Virus record (IMG/VR): IMGVR_UViG_3300034121_000940
Span: 32,001 to 96,000 of that record
DNA length: 64,000 nucleotides
Source of the DNA: a virus
Strand: one strand, 5' to 3'
Positions 29,503 to 39,410 of the stretch are shown here, in pieces. The position numbers and the translations under genes were made by a program. The notes beneath the pieces are model-generated. The model did not search any database, was not told where the DNA came from, and saw only the letters and a program-made list of their open reading frames with translations. Positions within the stretch are counted from its first letter, which is position 1, and the number at the start of each line of letters is the position of its first letter.

Positions 29503-32500
29503 TTATAAAGAATAAACACCTAATCTATAAACATCAAATTGTCCTGAGTTATTAACTCCACCTCCGGATGTACCCATTGTTCTTACACCAAAGAAATTTA
29601 ATCCTACCGTTGATGCGGGTAGATTTGTATTTAATACACCTTGTGCAACAACACCAGTTTCTTTATTTACAATTCTATAAATAACATCTGTTGATCCAGG
29701 AGCATTGTATAAGTAACAAGAATAAATAGTAGTAATAGCGGCACCAGCAGTTCTGTTTGACGGGAATGAAGCACCTAAATCTGTTTTAGTTGCTGTACCT
29801 GAAGCATCATTATACATAATTTGCAAGTTAGCATCTCCTGAATCATTAGCAAAAGCTATGATGTTTGTTAGTGCAGATGGTTGATCATTATTACTACCAC
29901 CAATTGCTAAATCTGCTGTTGAAGAAGCTACTCCCCAAAAGTTATGTGTACCAGTAGCTGTAGCTGTATCTGAAATATTAAATTCACCAGTATATAAAAA
30001 ACCACCAGTAACATACCATAATAATACAGAACCTCTCATACCAGAATATCTACCAGTTGCTGTTATAGACGCTGTTACACCTAATCTAATACTTTTGGTA
30101 GCATATGAAGTTGTTCCTACAGAACGTGCTGTATTTGTACCACTTGTTGATAAAGTAATACCAGCAGTAGTATCAATAGTAGTTGAATTATTTCTAAAAG
30201 TTGCACCTCTCCAAATTTCATTACCTTGTAGTTTAGGAATTAACGATTCTTCATATACTGGTATATTTAATGTAGTTCCTGTAAGAGTTGCTGCACCACT
30301 TGTACCAGTATTTGTTACAGTTAATATATCACTAATTGTTTCTGCAGCTGTTCTATATTTTACAATACCATTATCACTTACTAAAATTTTACCAGTATTA
30401 GTAGTAGCATTTGCTACAGTAGATATTTTAACGTTACCATTAACTTCTAATTTGGCTGATGGTGTAGATGTACCAATACCAAGATCACCATTTGCTAACA
30501 TAGTCATTTTGATGTTACCAAAATTACTCCATCTAAATAAAGGTCTATTAACAACTTCTGAACTACCGATTCTTACATCATGGTTTAATAATGGTTCTGT
30601 ACCTGTATCATTTGTTCCATTACCAAAAAGATATAAAGCAATCTTATCACTTGCATTATAACCCTGCAATGTTGGAATAAAATTACTATCAACACCTGTA
30701 GCATTACTAATTCTAAAATAAGATGAATCATCACTTACATCAAATTGAGCAATAGTTTCACTATCACTAGGTATCTCTATACTTCTTACATGAAGCGGTG
30801 CTGTAGGATTAATAAGTCCGACACCTACTTTACCTAAATTATCAATTACAAATGGTGATGAATCTACATTGTTATTATCTTCTACTAAAAATGAATTAGC
30901 AGATGATGTATTATTAACATGTAGTCTAGCTGTTGGTGATGTAACTGTAGTACCAATACTTACATTACCTCCAGTTACTCTAACCGTTTCTTGTGATCCA
31001 TCAAATAATCTTATAAGAGGTCCTGAAATGATAGCCTGGTCTCCTTGAGCTCTAAAGTAATTATCATCGCCATACTTTAATTCTGACCAAGTTGCACTAT
31101 CAATTGTTAATTGAGCACTTATATCTTTTAATCTTACATTACCTAAAGTATCTAATTTATAAGCAGGTGTTGTGGTTCCAATACCAACATTGCCATTTTT
31201 AAGTAAATGAATTCCTGTGGTTAAATCATAACCAGTTGTTGATGATGAACTTCCTACAGTCCAATGAGAACTTATTAATGAAGAATTTAAACCGTATGTA
31301 CCAAAAAACACGGTACCATTTGTATCACTTGTTGATATTTTACTCACTCCAGTCCAACCACCGGTATTAAGTGAGCTCATATCTAAATTTGTTCCTGCAC
31401 CATAACTTCCAAACAAAATACCTCCAGCTGGTCCAAGTTTGTAAGTACCATCTACTTCTAATTTTTCTGTTGGTGTAGTTGTACCTATACCAATATTAGT
31501 TCCTGTATCAGTAATAATACCTTGTTTAATTATTTTTCCTGTTGTACCATCAAATACAGGTATAGTATTATTAATTGAACTTGCAGGACCAGTTACAGCA
31601 CCTACAATATTTTTTTGAATTACATTCCAGTATTGACCTACAGTAGCTTGATTACCAGACACAGTCCCATCTGTGTTACATATAATCATATCTCCTACTT
31701 CAACATCTATACCGCTTGCACCACCAATTTTACCAGCAACACTTGCAATATACATCCATCCGGCATCTGCTGCAGGATAATTAGGATTTGTAGAACAATC
31801 AATAGTTCCTTTATATACTAAAGCATTAGAATTACCTAATATATTGTCTGTATAAACTTTGACTGCATTCTGTGTTGGGTATAATGTATCTGATGTACCT
31901 AATGAAACATCAGTTGATTTATTTGCTTGATCTTCCGGAGTATATCCTAAAGCAGTAGCAACTGTAATTTCTTCTACAGAACCTGTTCCTGCTGTGGTTC
32001 TACCAAGAATTTTAGAAGTTGACATTGATAGCTTACTAACACTAATTGCAGCAGTTGCTGAAATATCAGAATCTACAATAGTACTAGCAGGACTTTGAAA
32101 AACTCCATTTACAACTTTTACAACACCTGTTCCAGCAACAGAAGGGATTGTAGTATGAACGTGAGATGGATGTAATGAATCAAAATAAAATACAACTTGT
32201 CTTGATTGTGTTACATTTTTTTGTGCCCATAATTCTATATAAATTCTTTCTGTTGATAGAATTGTTGTTTGAGGCATTGTAACATTTGCAATATACTGTG
32301 CTGTTGTTACAGGATCATAAATATAAACATCATCTGAATTAGCTAAAGATGTATATACTCCTGTACTTGAATTATATTTATAAATTCTTATTTGAAATTG
32401 TGTTTGATTAGTTGAGCCTCCACTTCCAGCAACAGATGCCCAAATATTAAAATCCCATAAACCTCCAGGAATATCAGTAACTCCAGGTGTTCCTGTAATA

Positions 32501-33021
32501 GTAACAAATCCACATACTAAACTGTATGAACCATTTGTTAAATTAGCAGAAGTAACAGAACCTGTACCTACATTATATGTTATACCTAATTGAGATACTG
32601 CTACAGGGGAGGTTGGTAAACCAGTAGTAGGAGATATATCAGTAGTATTTTGGTAGTTTAAATAATAAACTATACCACCCCCTCCGGAACCACCGTTAGG
32701 AATAGCTCCCGGAACCCATGCGCTACCATTCCACTGAAGTGTTTGACCAGTTGAAGGTGTAGCATTACTTACAGGATTTCCTTGTAAACCATCAACAGTT
32801 GGGTTAGGATATGTACCAGTTAAATCACCACCAGCAGAACCCGTTACTCCCATTATATTCCAAGATGTTCCATCTGAATAATAATATTGGTCAGACCAAT
32901 ACACTATTCTTTTAGTATTAGCACTTGCTAAATTAGTTGTAATATCTAATGTATCTGCTTTTAAATTATTAATATCACTGCCTTGAAGGTTGATATCAAC
33001 AAAAAACTTCTTCTCTGCCAT
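29503..33021 (-). CDS. Long tail fibre/receptor-binding protein
   Basis: Likely start MAEKKFFVDINLQG at 33021; AGGDLTGTYPNP motif; multiple GNVGIGTTTP..KL(E/D)V repeats typical of Bacteroidota phage fibres. Confidence 0.8.
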   Translation of the reverse strand: MAEKKFFVDINLQGSDINNLKADTLDITTNLASANTKRIVYWSDQYYYSDGTSWNIMGVTGSAGGDLTGTYPNPTVDGLQGNPVSNATPSTGQTLQWNGSAWVPGAIPNGGSGGGGIVYYLNYQNTTDISPTTGLPTSPVAVSQLGITYNVGTGSVTSANLTNGSYSLVCGFVTITGTPGVTDIPGGLWDFNIWASVAGSGGSTNQTQFQIRIYKYNSSTGVYTSLANSDDVYIYDPVTTAQYIANVTMPQTTILSTERIYIELWAQKNVTQSRQVVFYFDSLHPSHVHTTIPSVAGTGVVKVVNGVFQSPASTIVDSDISATAAISVSKLSMSTSKILGRTTAGTGSVEEITVATALGYTPEDQANKSTDVSLGTSDTLYPTQNAVKVYTDNILGNSNALVYKGTIDCSTNPNYPAADAGWMYIASVAGKIGGASGIDVEVGDMIICNTDGTVSGNQATVGQYWNVIQKNIVGAVTGPASSINNTIPVFDGTTGKIIKQGIITDTGTNIGIGTTTPTEKLEVDGTYKLGPAGGILFGSYGAGTNLDMSSLNTGGWTGVSKISTSDTNGTVFFGTYGLNSSLISSHWTVGSSSSTTGYDLTTGIHLLKNGNVGIGTTTPAYKLDTLGNVRLKDISAQLTIDSATWSELKYGDDNYFRAQGDQAIISGPLIRLFDGSQETVRVTGGNVSIGTTVTSPTARLHVNNTSSANSFLVEDNNNVDSSPFVIDNLGKVGVGLINPTAPLHVRSIEIPSDSETIAQFDVSDDSSYFRISNATGVDSNFIPTLQGYNASDKIALYLFGNGTNDTGTEPLLNHDVRIGSSEVVNRPLFRWSNFGNIKMTMLANGDLGIGTSTPSAKLEVNGNVKISTVANATTNTGKILVSDNGIVKYRTAAETISDILTVTNTGTSGAATLTGTTLNIPVYEESLIPKLQGNEIWRGATFRNNSTTIDTTAGITLSTSGTNTARSVGTTSYATKSIRLGVTASITATGRYSGMRGSVLLWYVTGGFLYTGEFNISDTATATGTHNFWGVASSTADLAIGGSNNDQPSALTNIIAFANDSGDANLQIMYNDASGTATKTDLGASFPSNRTAGAAITTIYSCYLYNAPGSTDVIYRIVNKETGVVAQGVLNTNLPASTVGLNFFGVRTMGTSGGGVNNSGQFDVYRLGVYSL

Positions 33022-33051
33022 TTTATTATTTTTTACAAATATAGTATATTT

Positions 33052-33083
33052 AAAAAAACCCACCCCTATTATGGAGTGGGTTT
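33052..33083 (-). terminator. Intrinsic terminator
   Basis: AAACCCAC/GTGGGTTT stem with a U-run on the minus strand. Confidence 0.7.
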
Positions 33084-33108
33084 AAGTTGAGTTTTTGTTA
33101 ATTAGGTA

Positions 33109-35064
33109 TTATAAATTACCATTTGCCTTAACCAAACAAATAGAAACATCAGTTGAAAAAGCAATATTACTTCTTACTGTCATATCACCAGCAGTAATAT
33201 CATAATTAATTTCAATAGGATCAGTATTACTACTACCCTGATAAGTATTTACAATTAAGAAAGGAGTACCTAAAGGATTAACAAAGTTAAAATAATATTC
33301 CCCTGCTATTGGTTCAAAAATCCAATCACCAATTGAAATAATTTCAGTGTGAGATAGTGCTTTAATAGCATTATTTCTATCAGTTACTTCTTGAGAAATA
33401 GCAGAATCAGTATAAGCATTAGCATTATCTTGTGCATTAGCTTGTGCAGCTGAAGTAACATCATCAACATAAATTTTGTTAGCAGCGTCACCGTCAGCAG
33501 TTGGAGCTGGTAAGTTTGTAATTGTATTACCAGCAGCCATGTTTAATTGAGTATAAACATCTATTCCATTAACAGTTGATGATGTAAGTTCTTCTGTTAC
33601 AACCAGTCCAGCATTGTTTATTGTGCCACCACCCATGTCAAGGGTTCCAGTCATAGTACCACCAGCTAAGTCTAATTTAAGAGCATCAGCATCGTCAACA
33701 TATGTTTTGTTGGTAGCATCACCTCCGTTAATTGGTGCAGCAAGGTCAACAATTTTATTATTATCTAAAGAAAGTTCACCATTTAGTGTGCCACCATTGA
33801 TTGATAAAAAGTTATTATCAACATAAGTTTTGTTAGTAGCATCAGTTCCAAGAGTAGGTGTACCTGTTAAATTTGTGATTTTACTAATTCCAGCAAGGCT
33901 TAAATTTCCACCACTCCATGTAAATCCAGCAGTACCAGCATGATTACTTACCTCATCTGTTCTAACAGCATTAAGATTAGTAACCTCGTTCATACCCATA
34001 TCAATACTACCCGACATAGTACCACCAGTAAGTGATAATTTCAATGCATCTTGGTCATCTACGTAAGTTTTGTTAGCTGCGTCTCCACCGTTAGTTGGAG
34101 CTGTTAAATTTTTAGGTAAATTGTTACCACCAAAATCTAAGCCATTATCAACTATAATGTCAGAACCATAACCATCAAGGTTATTAGTTGAAATTCTATC
34201 AGCAGAAACAAAATCAGCACCGCTAATACTATTACCATTCATATCAATAGTACCAGACATAGTACCACCTGCCAATGGCAACTTGTTAGATGTGTTATCA
34301 TCTACATAAGTTTTGTTAGCTGCGTCTCCACCGTTAGTTGGTGCTGGTAAGTTGATAATAGTTTGAGTATTTACAGCATCTAAAGAACTATCTAAAGTAA
34401 TATTTTCATTAATATATGCAGACAAAATATCTGTAACAACAGAACCAGCACCAGCAATTTGATTACCAGACATATGAATATCACCAGACATAGTACCACC
34501 TTGCTTGCTTAACTTGTCGTTAATCTCAGGAGTAATTTGAGCATCAATTTTACCTTGTAATGTAGCTGGAGTAATAACAACTGCACCACTAATAATACCA
34601 TCATTAGCTTCTTCTTGTGTAGCTAAACGAGAAATACCATCTACTGAATCAGTTGCAATAACTATGTTACCTTGTAAAATCAACCAGTCTGCAATTGTTG
34701 CACCAGCATTATCAACTTTAGCAACAATTGAATCACCAACTTGTACAGACTCTCCTAAGAAAGTACCTGCTGCAGTTGCTGCCCAAAAGAAACCTTTTAA
34801 TGCTGATCCGTCTGCAATATCAGGAGTATTAGTTGTTGGATCATATCCACCTTGGAAGATCAAACCACCTGTTACTGCTGAGATATCAGATAAGTTAGCT
34901 ACATTTTGAGTAGCTGTACCATTGAAATATTGTAAACGGTGTGAAGCTGAATCATATCCAAAAGCACCTTCCGTTGAACCAATACCCGTGTTAGTTCCAA
35001 TTTTTGCGTTAGTTAACGCACTACCTTGTAGATTAATGTCTACAAAAAACTTTTTTTCTGCCAT
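33109..35064 (-). CDS. Tail fibre protein with tandem repeats
   Basis: 651 aa; same N-terminus as the 29503 fibre; repeated NLxAPxxGxDA(A/T)NKTYVD..KLxLxGGTMSG units. Confidence 0.8.
   Translation of the reverse strand: MAEKKFFVDINLQGSALTNAKIGTNTGIGSTEGAFGYDSASHRLQYFNGTATQNVANLSDISAVTGGLIFQGGYDPTTNTPDIADGSALKGFFWAATAAGTFLGESVQVGDSIVAKVDNAGATIADWLILQGNIVIATDSVDGISRLATQEEANDGIISGAVVITPATLQGKIDAQITPEINDKLSKQGGTMSGDIHMSGNQIAGAGSVVTDILSAYINENITLDSSLDAVNTQTIINLPAPTNGGDAANKTYVDDNTSNKLPLAGGTMSGTIDMNGNSISGADFVSADRISTNNLDGYGSDIIVDNGLDFGGNNLPKNLTAPTNGGDAANKTYVDDQDALKLSLTGGTMSGSIDMGMNEVTNLNAVRTDEVSNHAGTAGFTWSGGNLSLAGISKITNLTGTPTLGTDATNKTYVDNNFLSINGGTLNGELSLDNNKIVDLAAPINGGDATNKTYVDDADALKLDLAGGTMTGTLDMGGGTINNAGLVVTEELTSSTVNGIDVYTQLNMAAGNTITNLPAPTADGDAANKIYVDDVTSAAQANAQDNANAYTDSAISQEVTDRNNAIKALSHTEIISIGDWIFEPIAGEYYFNFVNPLGTPFLIVNTYQGSSNTDPIEINYDITAGDMTVRSNIAFSTDVSICLVKANGNL
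33460..34510 (-). repeat. Fibre coding tandem repeat (~70-80 aa units)
   Basis: Five DA(A/T)NK(T/I)YVD units; near-identical DNA (TAAGTTTTGTTAGCTGCGTCTCCACCGTTAGTTGG) at about 34064 and 34307. Confidence 0.8.
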
Positions 35065-35101
35065 TTTTATTTTTATTTAAGTTATATAATAATATAATGA
35101 A

Positions 35102-35353
35102 TTAATTACAATAAACAAAACCTGTAACAGGAATATTAAATATTACGTTTACAGTATTGTTATTTATCCAATCAATTTGAGCAATAATTTCATTTTGATC
35201 TTCATCAACTACTTGTACAGAACATTTAGTATTTAAATTATGAGTAACAACCCAAGTAGTTGCGGGAACTGATTGAGTATGTACATAGCTTATATCTTGT
35301 AATGAATTTACTAAGTCAAACTCACCAGATACTGGGTTATATTTATTTTTCAT
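35102..35353 (-). CDS. Small fibre-associated protein
   Basis: YVHTQSVPATTWVVTHNLN..VQVVD pattern. Confidence 0.6.
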   Translation of the reverse strand: MKNKYNPVSGEFDLVNSLQDISYVHTQSVPATTWVVTHNLNTKCSVQVVDEDQNEIIAQIDWINNNTVNVIFNIPVTGFVYCN

Positions 35354-35355
35354 AA

Positions 35356-35721
35356 TTATGAATATTGAATTTGTGTAACATTTCTATTAGCATCATATGT
35401 AAGAGTTTCAATAATAGTTTCTGCACCATATTCTGTTGTTCCTGTATGTGTAATACTTGTAACATCATTATTACCATTATATGCTAGAACTCTATTATAG
35501 TTAGCTGATCCTTGAATTCTACCTATTTTAGATATTGAATTCTTTTTTATTGTTTCTACTAATGCTTCAACTAATATTAATGTAGTTTCTGTAGCAACTC
35601 CTCCTGGAGGTGCAAAACCAGAAATACCATCTGCAATTTGCTGAAGGCCTTGTAAAGTTTTTAATTGATATGGAAAGTTAGAACCTTTGTTCCCAGTATC
35701 TTTTAAGTTCCCTATTGACAT
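35356..35721 (-). CDS. Putative structural protein
   Basis: Likely start MSIGNLKD at 35721; TLTYDANRNVTQI. Confidence 0.55.
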   Translation of the reverse strand: MSIGNLKDTGNKGSNFPYQLKTLQGLQQIADGISGFAPPGGVATETTLILVEALVETIKKNSISKIGRIQGSANYNRVLAYNGNNDVTSITHTGTTEYGAETIIETLTYDANRNVTQIQYS

Positions 35722-35773
35722 GATATAAATATTTAGACTATATATTAATATAAGTAAAATATTTGACAAAAAC

Positions 35774-35804
35774 AAAAAACCCTAGACAGTTATGCCTAGG
35801 GTTT
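35774..35804 (-). terminator. Intrinsic terminator
   Basis: AAACCCTAG/CTAGGGTTT stem with a U-run. Confidence 0.7.
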
Positions 35805-35822
35805 AATATACTGCTGTAGGAA

Positions 35823-35993
35823 TTATTCTGAAACTGCAGTTAATTCCGGTATAGAAGCTTTTACTTCTTCTAAATTACGAAAAGTGTTTAGTGCTAACAA
35901 TACTTTATTAACATCTGGTAATGAATACACACCTTTCAAGTTAGCAAGATTTACTGCTTGCTCAATAACATTTAATGCTTCAGCTGGAGTCAT
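35823..35993 (-). CDS. Small hypothetical protein (56 aa, absent from the ORF track)
   Basis: MTPAEALNVIEQAVNLANLKGVYSLPDV...; followed by a terminator. Confidence 0.6.
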   Translation of the reverse strand: MTPAEALNVIEQAVNLANLKGVYSLPDVNKVLLALNTFRNLEEVKASIPELTAVSE

Positions 35994-36102
35994 AATTAAA
36001 TTTTTTTGGTTTATATTATTTGGTAAATATAATAAATTTAAACTTAAATTTTATTAAGCTTATAATTTTTATAAACACACTTTAATTTTTCAATTTACTT
36101 TA

Positions 36103-37074
36103 CTAACCTATTTGATTCACAGTAATTATTGTTGATGGAATTGCTGGTCCACCCATTGCACCTGTATTATATTGTAATACTATGTGATCATTATCTGAAC
36201 CCCAATATATTTCTACATAATCATTTGCTGATACTGCTAAAAAGAAATTCCAAGCAGCAACAATATAAGGACTATTTGTATTTACATTTACTCTTGTATT
36301 TGTATCAGGAACTGCAACTCCATTTTTTGTTAACCATATTTCTACAGTATTACCATTTCCACCACCACCAGTATTATGTAATTGAAATGAAAAAGCAAAA
36401 TTATATATACCTGTATTACTAGCTTTTATTCTACTGTTATTGATTACGTTGAACCCGTTAGTACAAGAAAGATCTGTTTGTCTAACTAATACAGGTTGAC
36501 CTGTTGATAAAGCATTTACAGATTGTGTTGCAACATCATAAAAAGAACCTCTATATCCACCAACTGCACCTGGTACACCTTGAATACCCTGAATTCCTTG
36601 TATTCCTTGAATCCCTTGAGGACCCTGAATACCTTGAATACCTTGAATACCTTGTGGTCCTTGTAAATCTCCTGCATCATTCCATGTATTAGTTAATGTA
36701 TCCCATACATATAAAGAACCATCTGATTCAATAATCCATGCTGTACCAGCTGTTCCTGGAGAACCACCAGCGCCAGCTAAAAAACTTGCTAAATCAGGAT
36801 ATGATCCTAATACAGTTAGAGCAGCTCCAGTTTCTCCTTGTATTCCTTGAGGTCCAGCAATTCCTTGTGGACCTTGTGGACCAGGTATGCCTTGTGGACC
36901 TTGTGTTCCTGTGCCTACTTGAGAAATAAAATCTGCTACGGATATTGCACCGGTTAAATAATCATCATCACGTCTTTTATCTTTTATACCAATAGGTAAA
37001 AGTGTTTTTGCTGGATCAATAACATGAAAAAGTCTTTTATCTTTTAGCCATGATATAAAATTTAAAATATCCAT
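36103..37074 (-). CDS. Collagen-like protein with C1q/BclA-like C-terminal domain
   Basis: GPQGIQ repeats; GIYNFAFSFQ...VEIWLTKNG...DYVEIYW. Confidence 0.75.
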   Translation of the reverse strand: MDILNFISWLKDKRLFHVIDPAKTLLPIGIKDKRRDDDYLTGAISVADFISQVGTGTQGPQGIPGPQGPQGIAGPQGIQGETGAALTVLGSYPDLASFLAGAGGSPGTAGTAWIIESDGSLYVWDTLTNTWNDAGDLQGPQGIQGIQGIQGPQGIQGIQGIQGIQGVPGAVGGYRGSFYDVATQSVNALSTGQPVLVRQTDLSCTNGFNVINNSRIKASNTGIYNFAFSFQLHNTGGGGNGNTVEIWLTKNGVAVPDTNTRVNVNTNSPYIVAAWNFFLAVSANDYVEIYWGSDNDHIVLQYNTGAMGGPAIPSTIITVNQIG

Positions 37075-37085
37075 AATGTATAATA

Positions 37086-37298
37086 TTATGGATTATAAAC
37101 AATAAATAATTGACCAGTAGCAGTTCTATAAAAATCACCTGCTTTTAGTCCAGCTGTTAATGCAACTGCATTATTAGCATAAACATTATTATTTGCTTGT
37201 TCTAATAAATAATTTAAATGTCCAAATTTTACTAATGCTGCATCAGCATCTGTTTTTAAATATAAATCTGGAGATTGAGGTACAAATTTTTCTGGCAT
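37086..37298 (-). CDS. Small putative structural protein
   Basis: VYANNAVALTAGLKAGDFYRT motif. Confidence 0.55.
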   Translation of the reverse strand: MPEKFVPQSPDLYLKTDADAALVKFGHLNYLLEQANNNVYANNAVALTAGLKAGDFYRTATGQLFIVYNP

Positions 37299-37347
37299 GA
37301 TTTCTAAATTTTAATTGTTATATAATAATATACAAAAAATTTTTAAC

Positions 37348-37375
37348 AAAAAAAAGCCCCAGTAAAACTGAGGCT
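37348..37375 (-). terminator. Intrinsic terminator
   Basis: AGCCTCAG/CTGGGGCT stem plus U8 on the minus strand. Confidence 0.7.
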
Positions 37376-37395
37376 ATAAATAAATAAACAAAAAT

Positions 37396-37602
37396 TTAAC
37401 TTATCATTGTTGCAGAAATTAATCCTAATATATATGCTATCATACACATAATGATTACAGTTAAGTTAGCTCTAGATATTTTTTCTGGATCTTCTTGCCA
37501 CATATTATATACTTTATGATATGATGGTAATCTCCAAAACTTCTGCAGTTCATACAGAACATACAATGCTAACAATCCTATAATCAAATAAACAAAAATC
37601 AT
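37396..37602 (-). CDS. Small membrane protein
   Basis: 68 aa with two hydrophobic segments. Confidence 0.6.
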   Translation of the reverse strand: MIFVYLIIGLLALYVLYELQKFWRLPSYHKVYNMWQEDPEKISRANLTVIIMCMIAYILGLISATMIS

Positions 37603-37976
37603 AAACTATCAATTCTACGCTGCAAATATACTAAAGCTTTTTGTAAATCTTCCTTTTCTTTTGCAGGATCTTTTTTACCAGCTCTTGCTACATACTTAAT
37701 CACATTACCTAAATAAAAATCTTTATCAAGTTCCCAAGCTTCTAAAACTTTAAAAACTTCGTATGTACTATCAGCACCACCATAATGCTTTGGTCTTAAT
37801 GCATCTGGTTGTAATGTAGGAGATGTAATACTAGTCCATTTAGGCATGTTGTCCAATATTCTTTTACTATAATCTTGAGGATCAACCCATTTAGGTTCTT
37901 GTGTAGCAGATACATTTTCTTTTTTCAAACCTTTCATAACAGTTCTATTATACTCTCCATAACGCATTTCATCCAT
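37599..37976 (-). CDS. DUF3310 (SaV/T7 gp1.7-like) protein
   Basis: PKHY...FYLGNVIKYVARAGKK...EDLQKALVYL signature. Confidence 0.85.
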   Translation of the reverse strand: MDEMRYGEYNRTVMKGLKKENVSATQEPKWVDPQDYSKRILDNMPKWTSITSPTLQPDALRPKHYGGADSTYEVFKVLEAWELDKDFYLGNVIKYVARAGKKDPAKEKEDLQKALVYLQRRIDSL

Positions 37977-37977
37977 G

Positions 37978-38253
37978 TTAATATACTATTGCAATGTCAA
38001 ACTCTTTTACTAATAACTTCATCTCTTCACCGATCATAATCTTTTCAGCAGATTCTAATCCAAATGCTTGTACATATATTTGATCACCGACAGCAACTTT
38101 TTCTACTTCATCACCTACAGCAAATACTTCAAGCTTTGTCCATTTCTTAATAGCTTCTCTTTCGCGCTCTGCTTCTTGTGCTGGACTTAATTCAATCACC
38201 GGTTTCTCAATAACCGGGATGTTAATTAAAATTCTTTTTCCTAATAGTTTCAT
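37978..38253 (-). CDS. GroES-like co-chaperonin
   Basis: MKLLGKRILI...VFAVGDEVEKVAVGDQI...LLVKEFDI. Confidence 0.7.
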   Translation of the reverse strand: MKLLGKRILINIPVIEKPVIELSPAQEAEREREAIKKWTKLEVFAVGDEVEKVAVGDQIYVQAFGLESAEKIMIGEEMKLLVKEFDIAIVY

Positions 38254-38261
38254 TTTCTTTT

Positions 38262-38540
38262 TTATTTAAACGTAATTACTTTTACTACTGCCATTTGTGC
38301 ACTTACTAATTCTCCCACAGCATGGTCAAATAATAAACTCTTAACTGGATTTCCTGGACCCTCTTGATAAGAGTCTTTTAGTATGTTAGCTACTTCAGCA
38401 AATAATTCTTTTACTTTAGCTACACCAGCATCATTAGATGAATTGAATTCAATCCCTACTAACTGCTCACCAAATGAAAGTACCTTAGCTTCATTCATAC
38501 TAATAATAGGTCCACCCATTTCTACAACTGTTTTATTCAT
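38262..38540 (-). CDS. Acb2/Tad1-like helical-hairpin protein (candidate nucleotide-signal sponge)
   Basis: FGEQLVGIEFNSS...VAKVKELFAE...AVGELVSAQMAVVKVIT; family recognised by eye only. Confidence 0.5.
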   Translation of the reverse strand: MNKTVVEMGGPIISMNEAKVLSFGEQLVGIEFNSSNDAGVAKVKELFAEVANILKDSYQEGPGNPVKSLLFDHAVGELVSAQMAVVKVITFK

Positions 38541-38625
38541 TTCTTTTTTGTTTTATTGATTAATAACCATTGAAGCCATCCTTTTAATACTTCAACTTTT
38601 TGTCTGTTTGTTGACTTGCTCATAA

Positions 38626-38907
38626 CTATTTATTTTCGGTTTTCTTTACTTTAACAAATTTACTCTCGTATTCATCAGGAGTATAAACACTGAATTGTTC
38701 ATCATCACCCTTTACTATATAGTATCCAGGACCAACTTTTCTAGGCCCTGTAAAAGTATCTACAAATAAAGTAAGGACATTTGTATTTACTGGTATTATA
38801 AACTCTGCTTTTTTACCTACAAAGTCAAATACTGCTTCTCTGTCATCTTCATTAAATTTGAGCACATCAAAATACTCAGGCTTCTTCATACATCTTTCAA
38901 TCATCAT
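38626..38907 (-). CDS. Conserved small phage protein (KKP...TxxG...GxYIVKG family)
   Basis: KKPEYFDVLKF...DTFTG...PGYYIVKG..QF..YTPDEYE. Confidence 0.6.
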   Translation of the reverse strand: MMIERCMKKPEYFDVLKFNEDDREAVFDFVGKKAEFIIPVNTNVLTLFVDTFTGPRKVGPGYYIVKGDDEQFSVYTPDEYESKFVKVKKTENK

Positions 38908-39143
38908 GCATCAAATTTATTATTCATAAAATTCCCAGGAAGCTCATCTACTTCCTCAAGCTCTTCATCAAAGTCTTTTAATAATAGATCAAATTTTGCT
39001 TTTTCTAATAAACCTACCAGAACGGGAATAGATGTTTTATTAACTCTAGCTATTCTTATCTCAAATGTATTGTCACTATTTGAAACAATTTCCAAAAGGG
39101 TAATAGGCTCTTTACTCTTACGCTTACTCTTACTGTTTTTCAT
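38904..39143 (-). CDS. Hypothetical protein
   Basis: 79 aa, with LVGLLEKAK motif. Confidence 0.6.
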   Translation of the reverse strand: MKNSKSKRKSKEPITLLEIVSNSDNTFEIRIARVNKTSIPVLVGLLEKAKFDLLLKDFDEELEEVDELPGNFMNNKFDA

Positions 39144-39162
39144 TAGTAGTTTGTTGGTTCAA

Positions 39163-39170
39163 CAAATATA
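39163..39170 (-). promoter_or_regulatory. Bacteroidota -7 promoter element (TAtaTTTG)
   Basis: Lies upstream of the 39143-37396 accessory operon. Confidence 0.55.
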
Positions 39171-39206
39171 AAAAAATTAATTTGTAATGTAAGAGCATAT
39201 TAAAAT

Positions 39207-39410
39207 AAAAAACCCAAGCAGTAATTCTTGATCAGAGAAACTTACTTGGGTGTTGCTACAGTTATATGGTTGCTTATAGAGGTAACGCGTTTACACCTAT
39301 AAATCAGTTCCACTTTCCTGAGCAGAGAAGACCAGAGAGTAAGCGAGCAGTTCTTATGGTATGCCCTCCTGGCACTGAGCCTGCAGAATAGAATCTACAG
39401 GGATGGAGTG
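39207..39410 (-). ncRNA. Putative structured RNA trailing tRNA-Asn, ending in a terminator
   Basis: ORF-free and GC-elevated; several hairpins, with G-U pairs that work only on the minus strand; terminal ACCCAAG/CUUGGGU stem plus U6. Confidence 0.4.

Noticed and set aside
33460-34510. Diversity-generating retroelement template/variable repeat pair
   Set aside because: The duplicated DNA is in-frame fibre repeat units within one gene; no reverse transcriptase in the window and no adenine-specific mismatch pattern evident.
2733-36929. Plus-strand ORFs in the left arm (e.g. 2941..3168, 12718..13089, 30095..30661, 36129..36422)
   Set aside because: Antisense shadows of long minus-strand genes, with no recognisable motifs.
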